This document shows, piece after piece, positions 1-11,700 of a stretch of 64,000 nt of DNA. Numbering within the stretch: position 1 is the first letter of the stretch; every line of letters begins with the position of its first letter. This stretch comes from Macrostomum hystrix. Its lineage: Eukaryota > Animalia > Platyhelminthes. The position numbers and the translations under genes are program-made. The notes beneath the pieces were generated by a model. It ran no database searches. It saw only the letters and a program-made list of their open reading frames with translations, and was not told the origin of the DNA. The DNA lies in contig CATNEN010000034.1 of the NCBI GenBank assembly GCA_950097015.1, positions 2,604,001-2,668,000 of the forward strand. Direction: 5' to 3'.

Positions 1-630
1 GACTTCTTGTAGATTCCGAGGGTGACTTCTAGAGGATTCCGAGAGTGAATTCTTAAGGTTTTGAGAGTGACTTCTTGTGGATTCCGAGAGTGACTTCTTC
101 TGGATTCCGAGGGTGACTTCTTAAGGTTTTGAGAGTGACTTCTTGTGGGTCCCGAGAGTGACTTCTTGTGGATTCCCAGCGTGACTTCTTGTGGATTCCC
201 AGAGTGACTTCTTGTGGATTCCGAGAGTGACTTCTTGTGGATTCCGAGAGTGAATTCTTAAGGTTTTGAAAGTGACTTCTAGAGGATTCCGAGAGTGAAT
301 TCTTAAGGTTTTGAGAGTGACTTCTTGTGGATTCCGAGAGTGACTTCTTGTGGATTCCGAGAGTGACTTCTTGTGGATTCCGAGAGTGACTACTTGTGGT
401 TCCCGAGAGTGACTTCTTGTGGGTCCCGAGAGTGACTACTTGTGGTTCCCGAGAGTGACTACTTGTGGTTCCCGAGAGTGACTTCTTGTGGTTCCCGAGA
501 GTGACTTCTTGTGGTTCCCGAGAGTGACTTCTTGTGGGTTCCGAGTGTGACTTCTTGTAGATTCCGAGAGTGACTTCTTGTAGATTCCGAGAGTGACTTC
601 TTGTGGATTCCGAGAGTGACTTCTTGTGGG
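1..630. repeat. Minisatellite, 23-bp unit GAGAGTGACTTCTTGTGGATTCC with interspersed variant units; runs off the window
   Basis: Direct tandem periodicity. Confidence 0.95.
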
Positions 631-1346
631 TTTAGACAGAGGGACATCTTGAGGTTTCCAGAAAGTGCCTTAATATGATTTGCAGTCATTAAAATTATGC
701 CCTACAACCGTGGCGTGGCGTTCCCAGATTCAGAGTAAATGAACTAGCCTGTTCTATGCATTTTCCTAAGTGCATTCAAATAACCCTATGTCTCTCTTCC
801 CAAATTGTAGCGATCCCAATCCCCAGGGCAAAGTGATGTCAAGCACGCGTCCGAGTGTCTCGAAGTACTCTGAGAAAGTGGGGCCAGCTGAGCCAGCCTT
901 ATCAGTGCGCAGTGGACCGGCTCGCTGAGATTGACTGGAGAAAGATTTATTGAGGCTCAAGAGTGAATTCTGATGGATAGATCGCGGACATCTAAAAGAT
1001 CTTTGCTTAGTTTATGGCAATTGTCACTGGTCCATTATTAGTTTTTGCTAAAGCTATATCAGTAAATACGAAGCCTGACCTGCATACAGTTAGGGCCATA
1101 GACAAAATCGAATCAATTCAATTGAGGCAGTTGATTTCCCATGGGGATAATCGGAGACAAGAAGCAAAATTGCTTGAGCTGAGAGATAAAAATTGATTTC
1201 CCATGATTAATCAGCAGCTTGTAGACTAATTCGCTAATTCAATAGGGCTAACAAAAATTAATTAGCAAACTGATGAACAATTCATAAATCTTTGGCCTGC
1301 GACTCCTATCAGTTTCAATATGGGCTTTACGAGGTTTAACGAAATG

Positions 1347-2750
1347 ACAGCTCTCAGTATAACTGACTGCAACTCTCAGTATAACTGACTGCAACTCTCA
1401 ATATAACTGACTGCAACTCTCAGTATAACTGACTGCAGCTCTCAGTATAACTGACTGCAGCTCTCAGTATAACTGACTGCAGCTCTCAGTATAACTGACT
1501 CCAACTCTCATTATTACTGACTGCAGCTCTCAGTATAACTGACTGCAGCTCTCAGTATAACTGACTGCAGCTCTCAGTATAACTGACTGCAACTCTCATT
1601 ATTACTGACTGCAGCTCTCAGTATAACTGACTGCAACTCTCAGTATAACTGACTGCAGCTCTCAGTATAACTGACTGCAACTCTCAGTATAACTGACTGC
1701 AACTCTCAGTATAACTGACTGCAACTCTCAGTATAACTGACTGCAACTCTCAGTATAACTGACTGCAGCTCTCAGTATAACTGACTGCAGCTCTCAGTAT
1801 AACTGACTGCAGCTCTCAGTATAACTGACTGCAGCTCTCAGTATAACTGACTGCAGCTCTCAGTATAACTGACTGCAGCTCTCAGTATAACTGACTGCAA
1901 CTCTCAGTATAACTGACTGCAACTCTCAGTATAACTGACTGCAGCTCTCAGTATAACTGACTGCAGCTCTCAGTATAACTGACTGCAGCTCTCAGTATAA
2001 CTGACTGCAGCTCTCAGTATAACTGACTGCAGCTCTCAGTATAACTGACTGCAGCTCTCAGTATAACTGACTGCAGCTCTCAGTATAACTGACTGCAGCT
2101 CTCAGTATAACTGACTGCAGCTCTCAGTATAACTGACTGCAGCTCTCAGTATAACTGACTGCAGCTCTCAGTATAACTGACTGCAGCTCTCAGTATAACT
2201 GACTGCAGCTCTCAGTATAACTGACTGCAGCTCTCAGTATAACTGACTGCAGCTCTCAGTATAACTGACTGCAGCTCTCAGTATAACTGACTGCAGCTCT
2301 CAGTATAACTGACTGCAGCTCTCAGTATAACTGACTGCAGCTCTCAGTATAACTGACTGCAGCTCTCAGTATAACTGACTGCAACTCTCAGTATAACTGA
2401 CTGCAGCTCTCAGTATAACTGACTGCAGCTCTCAGTATAACTGACTGCAGCTCTCAGTATAACTGACTGCAGCTCTCAGTATAACTGACTGCAGCTCTCA
2501 GTATAACTGACTGCAGCTCTCAGTATAACTGACTGCAGCTCTCAGTATAACTGACTGCAACACTCAGTATAACTGACTGCAACTCTCAGTATAACTGACT
2601 GCAGCTCTCAGTATAACTGACTGCAACACTCAGTATAACTGACTGCAACTCTCAGTATAACTGACTGCAGCTCTCAGTATAACTGACTGCAACTCTCAGT
2701 ATAACTGACTGCAGCTCTCAGTATAATTGACTGCAGCTCTCAGCAGTCTA
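1347..2750. repeat. Minisatellite, 22-bp unit CTCTCAGTATAACTGACTGCA(G/A), about 64 copies
   Basis: Direct, highly homogeneous tandem periodicity. Confidence 0.97.
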
Positions 2751-2937
2751 ACTGATAGTAGTGAATGTATCCATCCTTTTTTATTTATTGCATTTCATTT
2801 ATTTCTTGCACAGAGATGGAAAATCAAAAGCTCGCGCTATGCCAATCAGATCAATCATTGTTTTCATGGCTAGTCTAGTTTTATCTGTTTTTTTAATTCT
2901 CTGGCCCATCACCGGCTACAATGTCCCAGAATGCAGT

Positions 2938-4038
2938 TCAGCAGGCTGATGATGTCAGTTTCTCAAGCAGCCAGGCCAGCACAACCCGGGCCACCGCGGC
3001 CGAGTGGGCCCAGTGCACCTGGCGCCCCGTGTCACGCCGGGTGTGCCACACACTCGGGAACGGTTTCGGCACCAGGTGCAGCGTCGGCACTCCGAGACGG
3101 CGAAACGGTGCGTGATCGTCGTCCACATCGTCGGCGGTGTCGGCGGAAGCGGCGACGTCGGACTGGAAGAAGTTCTCTCGCGAGTTGGCGCCCTCGGCTA
3201 GCAGGCCGGCCGATCGTAGACGCTTCTCGATGGCAACCAGGCGGTTGAAGTCGGCCCGCTCCGTTCCGGCCAATCGGCTGCGAGCTGCCGGACTTGGCGG
3301 CCCGGCCAGCGGCTCGGCGTACACGAACCTCGGCGATCGGGCCCCGATGAGGTCGAGCAGGACGAACTGGGCGATCTCTGACGCGGCCGGGAAGTTCGGA
3401 TTGACGCCTGTCGACGGGTGTCGAGCCGAGGCAGCGGCCAAGTGCCTGGAGCCGTAGAGCGAGTCCTCCGGCGTCCACAGCCCAGCCAGAGACTCCTCAC
3501 CGTCCAAGAAGACCAATCGAATGCCGATGCCGTCGTAAGTGGAGGAATGTTTTGTCAGCGAGTCCAGAGCTTCGGCCAGCATCAGGAGGATGGCGCAGGA
3601 CACGGCCGAGTCTGTGGCTCCAACAAAGTCAGGCGACAGCGGTGCGGAGTCGTAGTGGGCGGCCAGGACGATCACGGGCCGCGAGTCCTTGGCCCTCCTC
3701 GGCCGCGTGGCCACAAGGTTGGCGAATTGGCGCGGACCGACCGGCGTCTCGGCGACGAATCTGTCCTCGGCCAGCTCCCAGCCGAGGTGTCTGCCGAGGA
3801 AGTCGGCCAGGAAGGCTCGCACGGCTGCATGTCCGGCCGAGCCCACCTGACGCGGCCTGAGCAGCGGGCCAGCCAACAGGCGCAGGCGGTCCGGGCGGGT
3901 TTCGTTGCTTAGCAACGACAGCAGGGCATCGTCGACGACCCGGGACGAGCAGTTGGGATCGGCTCGGACAATGTCCGTATAGTTCGGCGCCGCCTCAGCA
4001 GCTGCGGTTGCCAGGGGCAGCAACAAAAGCAGAAGCAT
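2938..4038 (-). CDS. QPCT: Glutaminyl-peptide cyclotransferase (QC/isoQC, peptidase M28 fold), intronless; the ORF extends in frame to an upstream ATG at 4203
   Basis: ORF 2938..4203 carries the QC motifs LAAHYDS, FVGATDSAVSCA, LVFLDGEE, SLYGSRHLA, FVLLDLIG, DDHAPF and LHLVPKPFPSVWHT (Zn-ligand Asp/Glu/His positions present). Hydrophobic MLLLLLLPLATAAAEA follows the ATG at 4038. QPCT versus QPCTL cannot be decided from the sequence. Confidence 0.9.
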   Translation of the reverse strand: MLLLLLLPLATAAAEAAPNYTDIVRADPNCSSRVVDDALLSLLSNETRPDRLRLLAGPLLRPRQVGSAGHAAVRAFLADFLGRHLGWELAEDRFVAETPVGPRQFANLVATRPRRAKDSRPVIVLAAHYDSAPLSPDFVGATDSAVSCAILLMLAEALDSLTKHSSTYDGIGIRLVFLDGEESLAGLWTPEDSLYGSRHLAAASARHPSTGVNPNFPAASEIAQFVLLDLIGARSPRFVYAEPLAGPPSPAARSRLAGTERADFNRLVAIEKRLRSAGLLAEGANSRENFFQSDVAASADTADDVDDDHAPFRRLGVPTLHLVPKPFPSVWHTRRDTGRQVHWAHSAAVARVVLAWLLEKLTSSAC

Positions 4039-4524
4039 CCTTGACTTGGGCACTCTTTCAAGGAATTGCGACAAGGGGGCTACCTTTCTGCCTTTTATTC
4101 GCTGTCTAGTTATTGTTTTATTTAAGCCACACTTCTGAAAGACTTTCCATAAAACTGAAGATCTGGGCCTTGCGTTATCAGATATTATTTTGCTAAAGCC
4201 CATTGGTTTTCTGGGAAATGCTTTACATCAACCAATCAGGTTTCCCCGATAAATTCTTAGATAATAGAATGATATCATAATACTCCCATTGCATGCCAAT
4301 CCAAAGGAATTTTCTTTTTCCCTTACCAATATCTCCATGTTTCGTATGTTGCGCATGCTGTTTCAATGCAATCTTAGAGAAATTGTGATGAATAAAGATT
4401 ATCGTTGCTGATGAGTAACGAAAAAATGACAGAAAACACGACTGTGAATTGGTAAACAGACAAACACACTGCTGGTAATCACAAGCTTTTTCTGAGTGTG
4501 AGGAAGGAACAGGGTGCGTGGAAG

Positions 4525-4810
4525 TGAGGGGGAGAGGAAGGGACAGGGTGAGAGGAAGGGACAAGGTGAGAGGAAGGGACAAGGTGAGAGGAAGGGACAG
4601 GGTGAGAGGAAGGGACAGGGTGAGAGGAAGGGACAAGGTGAGAGGAAGGGACAGGGTGAGAGGAAGGGACAGGGTGAGAGGAAGGGACAGGGTGAGAGGA
4701 AGGGACAAGGTGAGAGGAAGGGACAGGTTGAGAGGAAGGGACAGGGTGAGAGGAAGGGACAAGGTGAGAGGAAGGGACAGAGTGAGAGGAAGGGACAGGG
4801 TGAGAGGAAT
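4525..4810. repeat. Minisatellite, 18-bp unit GGGTGAGAGGAAGGGACA
   Basis: Direct tandem periodicity. Confidence 0.95.
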
Positions 4811-5440
4811 TTAGAAGGTGAGAGGAGGTTGTGAAGGAGTGAAGTGATGAAAAAGTACGGAGTTAGCATACGGGTTTGTAATTCAAATAAATCAAATTCA
4901 AAGAGGCATTAAAAAAACCGCTAAAAATTGGTTCACAGTCTCGATGTGATATGCGTGAATATTCATTGTAAAATACTTTTTTTGTTTTTTTCGGAATGTT
5001 TTTCGTTTATCAAAAACTCAGCAATCAATAGCACAATATCACAGCGGTTAAGCAAAAGGAAATTATAAAAAAGACATCGCGGTGTACAGAATCATCTAAG
5101 AGAACTTTCTTTGAGTCATTGAAATTATCCAATCCTGCAGTTTCTGTCTGTTTGTGCTTGCTTTTTTATTTTCTAATGAGAGAAGAAGTTCTGATAATTA
5201 TTCTCGATCTGACTCGATAACAAGCAAGCAAAATGGGAGGAGGAACAAGCAAGAAGTCAAAATAAAGTCAGTGGCATCATATTTTAGACAAAAAAACTGC
5301 AGCACAAAAAACTTGCATAAGCTTTTTTTCATCGATGGAAAACTATAAACGTTAAGAAAACAGTCGTGGAATTTCTAAACTGCTAATAAAATATTTATTT
5401 TTTTATATATTTAATCCATTTCACTATATTTTCGTTTATT

Positions 5441-5652
5441 CTGATTGGTTAGAGGGGTTTTGACTACCCAACCATCCCAGTCGTTTCTCCTTCACTCTAA
5501 TTGGTTGGAGGGGTTTTGGCTACCTAACCACCCCAGTCGTTTCTCCTTCACTCTAATTGGCTGTAGGGGTTTGGCTACCCAACCATCTCAGTCGTTTCTC
5601 CTTCACTCTAATTGGTTGGAGGGGTTTTGGCTACCCAACCACCCCAGTCGTT
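5441..5652. repeat. Tandem repeat, about 56-bp unit, about 3.7 copies
   Basis: ctaattgg recurs at 5497, 5553 and 5608. Confidence 0.9.
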
Positions 5653-5665
5653 ATCTTTTTATCAC

Positions 5666-5671
5666 TTTATT
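5666..5671 (-). promoter_or_regulatory. Candidate HYDIN polyadenylation signal AATAAA
   Basis: TTTATT on the plus strand, about 105 nt past the HYDIN stop. Confidence 0.5.
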
Positions 5672-5775
5672 AATACGCTGTCTCAGTTTGATAATCACGC
5701 AGTTTTAGCTTTGTTAAAGGTTGCTTTCAAATAAACACTCCGTCCAAATAAAAAAACCACACTCAGTCTATCGGC

Positions 5776-8700
5776 TCAGCCAGAGGGCCTGTCGGGCGGA
5801 TGTCCACGCAAGTAGTACACCCACTGAAGGGACGCTGCCGGCGCCGGTGGAGCGGGCGCAAGTGACGAGCAGTTTGGCCATCACAGCGTCCTGCCCCGCC
5901 TCGGCGCCCGGATTGAAGGCCACAACAATGCGGTACTCCTTGTGCGGCCGTACCGTGTCCCCGGGCTTGTGCACGGTGAAGGCCGGATTGTCCACCTGGA
6001 ATGTGAACTGAGTGGCCGACGGGAACACGTTGCGGAAGGCGATGGTGGTTGTGGCTCCGGCCTTCACAACGAACGGACCCTGTGGCTTCGGAGGCAGGCA
6101 CACCGCGTGCAGAGGAAACAGGTAGGCTCCAGCTGACTGGCTGGTCACCGTGAGGGCGCTCTTGATGTCGCCCAACCTGCAGGGTTCAAAGACGACGTCC
6201 AGGACGCCCTCAGAGCCTGGCGACACCGTGACGGCCTTGTCGCAGTGGAAATCGGCGCCAGGCTCGATGCGACAGGCGAAGTCAGCCTTGGAGCGGCCGT
6301 AGTTAACGAAGCGGGCCTGCAGCACCTGCTGGCCGCCCAGGTGAGTGGTGAAGTGGAGGGCTCTCTCCGGTCCTGGCTGGGTGCCCTTCAGGTCCAGCTC
6401 GTAGGTGAAGAGGCCGAGCTCCGGGCACTGAAGCTCAAGCTTGCCCCTGTAGTCCTGCGGCTTCAGCGGCAGGAACTCGATCTCAATCTGGCCTTGAGTC
6501 TGCTGAGGAATCTGCAGCTGGGACGGGACTCGGACCTCGGGCAGGGTGGTAGACACTGTCAGGGTCACTGGATGGGCCAGCGGGTTCTCGATCTGCGGGA
6601 TTCGGCGTGGGAGGCGAAGATGAGCTTCTGGACACAAAAACCTGCGCTATCAGCTCCTGAATTCAGAAACACCGTCAGAATCGCCTCACCTCAATGGAGT
6701 GCTGAACTGCCTGTCGCACTGGGCTGCTGAGGCTGATGGAGCCGACGCTGCCGGGCCGGCCCGCCTTGAGGAACACCTCGTAGGTGACGTACTCTCCCGT
6801 GTCCTCATTCTCAAATCGAATCCTCAGCTGGTACTGCGCCTCCCTGTAGCAGAACACGTGCAGCTTGTAGTCTCGCTTGGCGTCTCCGGGCACATCGATG
6901 TAGTCCAGTCCCTGGAAGGTGGTGCCAGCGTCGATCTTGTCCGGCTTGAGGATCTCCCTGGTGACCTTGAAGCGCTGGGCTCTCGGCAGCCAGTTCTGCA
7001 CTGGCAGCACCTCGTAGTGATCCATCTTGCACGGAATCTCCTGCGTCACCTTCAGCGGCCGCGGTTCCTCGGCTGATCCCAGCAGGTTGTACAGCAGCCC
7101 GGTGCCGTCTGGGAGGGCAAAGAACAGCGTGCCGCTGTGCTTCTTGCCATCAAGGGTCATCCTCAGCGGCCTGTACGTCAGCTCGTAGGTCTTTGTCTGC
7201 TGCGGCTCCACCACGAGGATATCCGGACCAGACCAGTAGTCGCCGTCGATGACTGGGCGAAGCTTCCACTGGGTGTGCGAGTTGTTGAATATCTGGATCG
7301 GCTTGGTGTCCTTCTGGCGCACCTGGCAGATAAAGTGCGGCGTCTCGCGCACCGGGGTTGCTGGCGCGCTAGTTCCGGTCAGGGTGAGGTCCAAATCCTT
7401 CCAGCCTTCGATGCGGCACTTGATGCCCTCAATGCGGATGTCCGCCTTGGCTTGGGTCGGCCTGAGGGAAAGCGGTTTGGGATCAGATTCTGAAACTCTG
7501 GCATGAGCGATGATTCTGAGCCCTGAGCACATGCTCACACAGGGTGTACATCTGCTTCGGCTTACTCATCGTCAGGCAGTGCACACACTCCCTGCGCCTT
7601 TGGGGTTTGGCCCTCATGGGCCAAAAATTACACGACAAGCCCCCTGAGCCTTCTCTACGCGACTGCGCCACAAACAAAAACGGAAAACTGACAAAAATGA
7701 ACAGAGAATCGAACCTATGATCTAATTTGACATAGGCGGGCTATGGATAAACTCACTTGAAGGTGACCTCGATGGTGACCTCAGCACCCGGGCTGAGATA
7801 GCCGGACTCGGGCGAGATCGAGAAGTCGGGCTTCAGCTTGGCGGTGTCCCAGGCGAACCTGGCGCCGATGTCACCGCAATTGTACAGGATGAGGCTGCGC
7901 TTGGACTGGCTGCCAACCACCAGCTTTGGCGGCTCCTTGCCGGCCTCGGCGAAGCTCGGGCCTGGCGGCAGGAAGCTGAGCAGAGCCGAACTCAGGCGGA
8001 ACTCGTGTGCCAGGCAGGCGCCGCGCACCGCCAGTACCGGGACCGGCGACAACGCCCAGGCCTCAGCCAGGACCTCCTCGGTGAATTGCGCCACCCGGCA
8101 GCTGGGCCGGAACGCGATCTCAACGTTCACCGTCTCCTGCGGATTCAGTGTCACCCGATCCTTCGGCTGCTTGATAGTCAGCGCGTCGCCACCGGCCAGC
8201 TCCTTGCTGGCTGGCGACACGACGAACCGCAGCGGCACAGGAGCCAGGCCCCGGTTGGTCACCGGAATCACCTTCTTCACTAGCTCGCCGATTTTTGCAA
8301 CGCCCAGGTGCACAATGCGCTGCCGCGGGTTCACCGGCTCGATGCGCAGCTCAGAGCCGCGGCCGGCCAGTTGGACGCTTGCCTGGGTCAGGCCGTTCAG
8401 CTCGAAGGTCACCGTCTCCTCGTAGCGCACGGCCTCTCTGGATTGGTGGCGGCGGGGATGGGACTCTTTAAGGTTGGGATTCTCTGTGGATGGGATTACT
8501 TGAGGATGGGATTACTTAAGGATGGGACTACTTGAGGATGGGATTACTTGAGGATGGGATTACTTAAGGATGAGTCTACTTGAGGATGGGATTACTTGAG
8601 GATGGGATTGCTTGAGGATGGGATTACTTGAGGATGGGATTACTTGAGGATGGGATTACTTGAGGATGGGACTACTTGAGGATGGGATTACTTGAGGATG

Positions 8701-11700
8701 GGATTACTTGAGGATGGGATTACTTGAGGATGGGATTGCTTGAGGATGGGATTACTTGAGGTTGGGATTACTTGAGGATGGGATTACTTGAGGATGGGAT
8801 TACTTGAGGTTGGGATTACTTGAGGGTGGGATTACTTGAGGGTGGGATTACTTGAGGATGGGATTACTTAGGGATGGGATTTTTCGTGGATGGGATTGTT
8901 GATATGTTGATATTTAGCGATTGATTCTCAAGAGGCTGGATTTTAATCTTGCGATATTCCTAGTATTCGAAAATTAGATTTTCGTTTGAAAACAACTTGG
9001 TTCGTAGCGGAAATTTACCTGGGCAGGAAGGTGAAGCTGCAGCTGGTTGACTGGCCGGGCTGCAGCAGGCAGGCCTTGAAGTCGTGGTGCAGCACTTGGC
9101 TGGTGGTGTACAGGCAGTCCACGGTGATTGGCCGGCTGTCCAGATTGTGTACAAACAGCTGCGCGGTGGCCGGATCCATCCCGGCCTGGAAGACGAATTT
9201 CGGCCCGAAGTCGTGCTTCGCCGTGGCGGCACTCTTGGCCGGATCTTTGCTGCCGAAGGCGAAGCCGATCTTTGGCTCGGTGGAGCCGCCCAGAACTGCC
9301 ACCTGGTAGGTCGGCCCGTTGGGCACGGTCAACACCAGCTGGGTGCCCTTCAGCTGGCAGCGTGACTTTGGCGCAAACACCAGCTCGCAAATCTTTCGCT
9401 CGCCGAACGGACCATTCGCTTCGACAGGCGTCACGGTGAGACTGTCGGGCCTCTTGCAGCCGGGGGCGAAGCTCCATGCAAAGTTCAAGTCGAATTTGCC
9501 CCTGTTCCACACCACCAGACGACGGCGGACCACCTCGTTGACTTCCACGGAGCTGAAGTCAAGCTGAGGAGAGACGGTTTAGGGAATCGGGGGGTAAAAC
9601 ACGTTACGGATCTCCATTCCCTCTCAAATTCCTATTGTCCTGTTCCAAAGTTTTCTCTTTCTTGAGATCACTTTCTCCTTCAGCTCGCATGCCAAACCGA
9701 CTCTCACCTGGCCGGGAGTTTTCTCAGAGACCGGCAGGCTCTGGCCGCTCTCAGGATCCTCAACGAGCAGGTCGGCCTTCATGCAGTAGCCCTCGGCCTT
9801 GACGTTCAGCGTCAGCGGTTCGGTCTTGTTTCGCACGTTGCAGCGCAGATTGAAGTTGGCCGGCTTCTCGGAGGTCAAGCAGAGCGTCATGGTTAGGTCC
9901 AGCCGGCCGCGCTTTGGCACCAGGCCGGACATTGGCTCCACCCGGAGGGTGTTGGGATGCCCCGGGCAGCGCAGCGAGTTAGGATCGATGTCAAATTGGA
10001 AGGCCTGGTCCTCCTCGTTAGTCATGTAGAATGTCTCCTGGGCTGTGAACTGCAGCAGTAGCGAGTTGAAATTGTGATGACTGCGGTCGAAGGCCACCCG
10101 CGGCTCCTTGGTGCGGCCGACCACCAGGAAGGGCAGGCTGACGCCGTGCGCTGGCACGCTGAAGCACCAGAAGCTCTCGGAGACGCCCAGCTTCTTCGGC
10201 ATGTATTCGAATGCGACCTCGGCGCCCCGGCCTGGCTCCAAGTAGCCGCCGCGGTCCAGGCACAGTATGCCGTTGTCGTCCTTGACGTTCTGGCCATCCT
10301 GGCACTCCCACTGGTAGGCGTATCCCACGCTAGTCGGGTTGACGATGTGGAAGCGGCGCAGGGCGCGGTTGTCGAGGCCGACGCTGTCGATTTCCACGAC
10401 TCGCGTGTCCGGATTTAGCTTGGCGCCAGGCGGCGCGCCGTTGGGTCCCGGCAGCTCCGGGTTACGCTTAGCGCCTGTCATTAAAGTACATTCGAGTTCT
10501 CATGTACTTTTAAACCACTGTTCTCGTCGTTGAAATAGATTTAAAGAGTTATTATGGTACATAAAATCCAGATATATTAAATTGAACATTTTTTAAAGTA
10601 AAAAAAATATTTTTTTGCACTTTTACTTTTAAAAGTACATATAATGTACTTTTTTCGTAGTAAACATAAAGTATTTTTATTAACAGAAGTAATTTTATGT
10701 ACATATACAGTAAATAAGCACACGTTCAGTGTTTTTAGAATGTTTTCAGTAAAAAAACGAACATTACTTTTTTATTCATCTGTTGGTTATTCACAAAGCA
10801 ACATACTAACCAGTCAGGTAATCCGATTGCGGCAATTCGAAGTGGCAGAACGGCTGCACAGACCGGCCCGTCACTGTGATGCACGGCGCCGCTGCCGCCG
10901 GTCCCTCCTCCAGGTTGGGCACCCGGCAGACCAGCCTGGCCTTGAAGCTGCCCAACGCCAGCGGCGCGAAGGCCAGCGTCACGTCGACTGTGCGGCCAAC
11001 TGGAACAGTGCCCGACTCGGGCTCAACGGCGAATGGCAGCAGGGCCTCCTGTCGGTTACTCTGACGAGCCGACTGGGGCCGACTGCTCGAGCCCGACGCC
11101 TGATCGTTGACGGTCTCCATGACAACCTGCCAGGAGAAGGCCACGGCTACGCGGCCAGTGTTGACCAGCTGGACCTGGTGCACGCGCCGCTGGAACAGCA
11201 GGGTGTCCCGGAACTGCACCGTCTCGGTGAGGGGCGCCAGCTTGCACTGATCAGCCTTGGCCGACACCAGCAGTTCCAGGCTGCGCTGACTGTCAGACAG
11301 TTCGGTGTGCTCCGGCTCGGCTTCCACTTCCACCACTTTCTTTTTGCGGCCAGCCGGCTGTGCCGGGTCGACTGGCAGCCAGCGCATTGTGCGCTTGGTG
11401 TCGTCCCAGTCGGCCGGGGGCGCCTCCTTGTAGGTGAGCTTGACCAGCCGGCAAGCGATTGGCTGGGCTCGAATCTCCTGCGGCTGGGCGGCTCTGTAGG
11501 TGGCCGCAATGGACTTGCTCTGGCCAGGGCGCAGGTGGCCCACGGCTGGCAAGAAGGTCACTCCGCTATCGCCAGAGCCAGTCGGGAATGCGAACCGCAC
11601 CGTGTCAGTCTGCGAGTGGTTGCACAACTGGAAGGTGAGAATCTTCGGCTCGACCAGGTAGCAATCGCCGAAGTGCAGGTGGTTGTGCTTGGCGGCTGAA

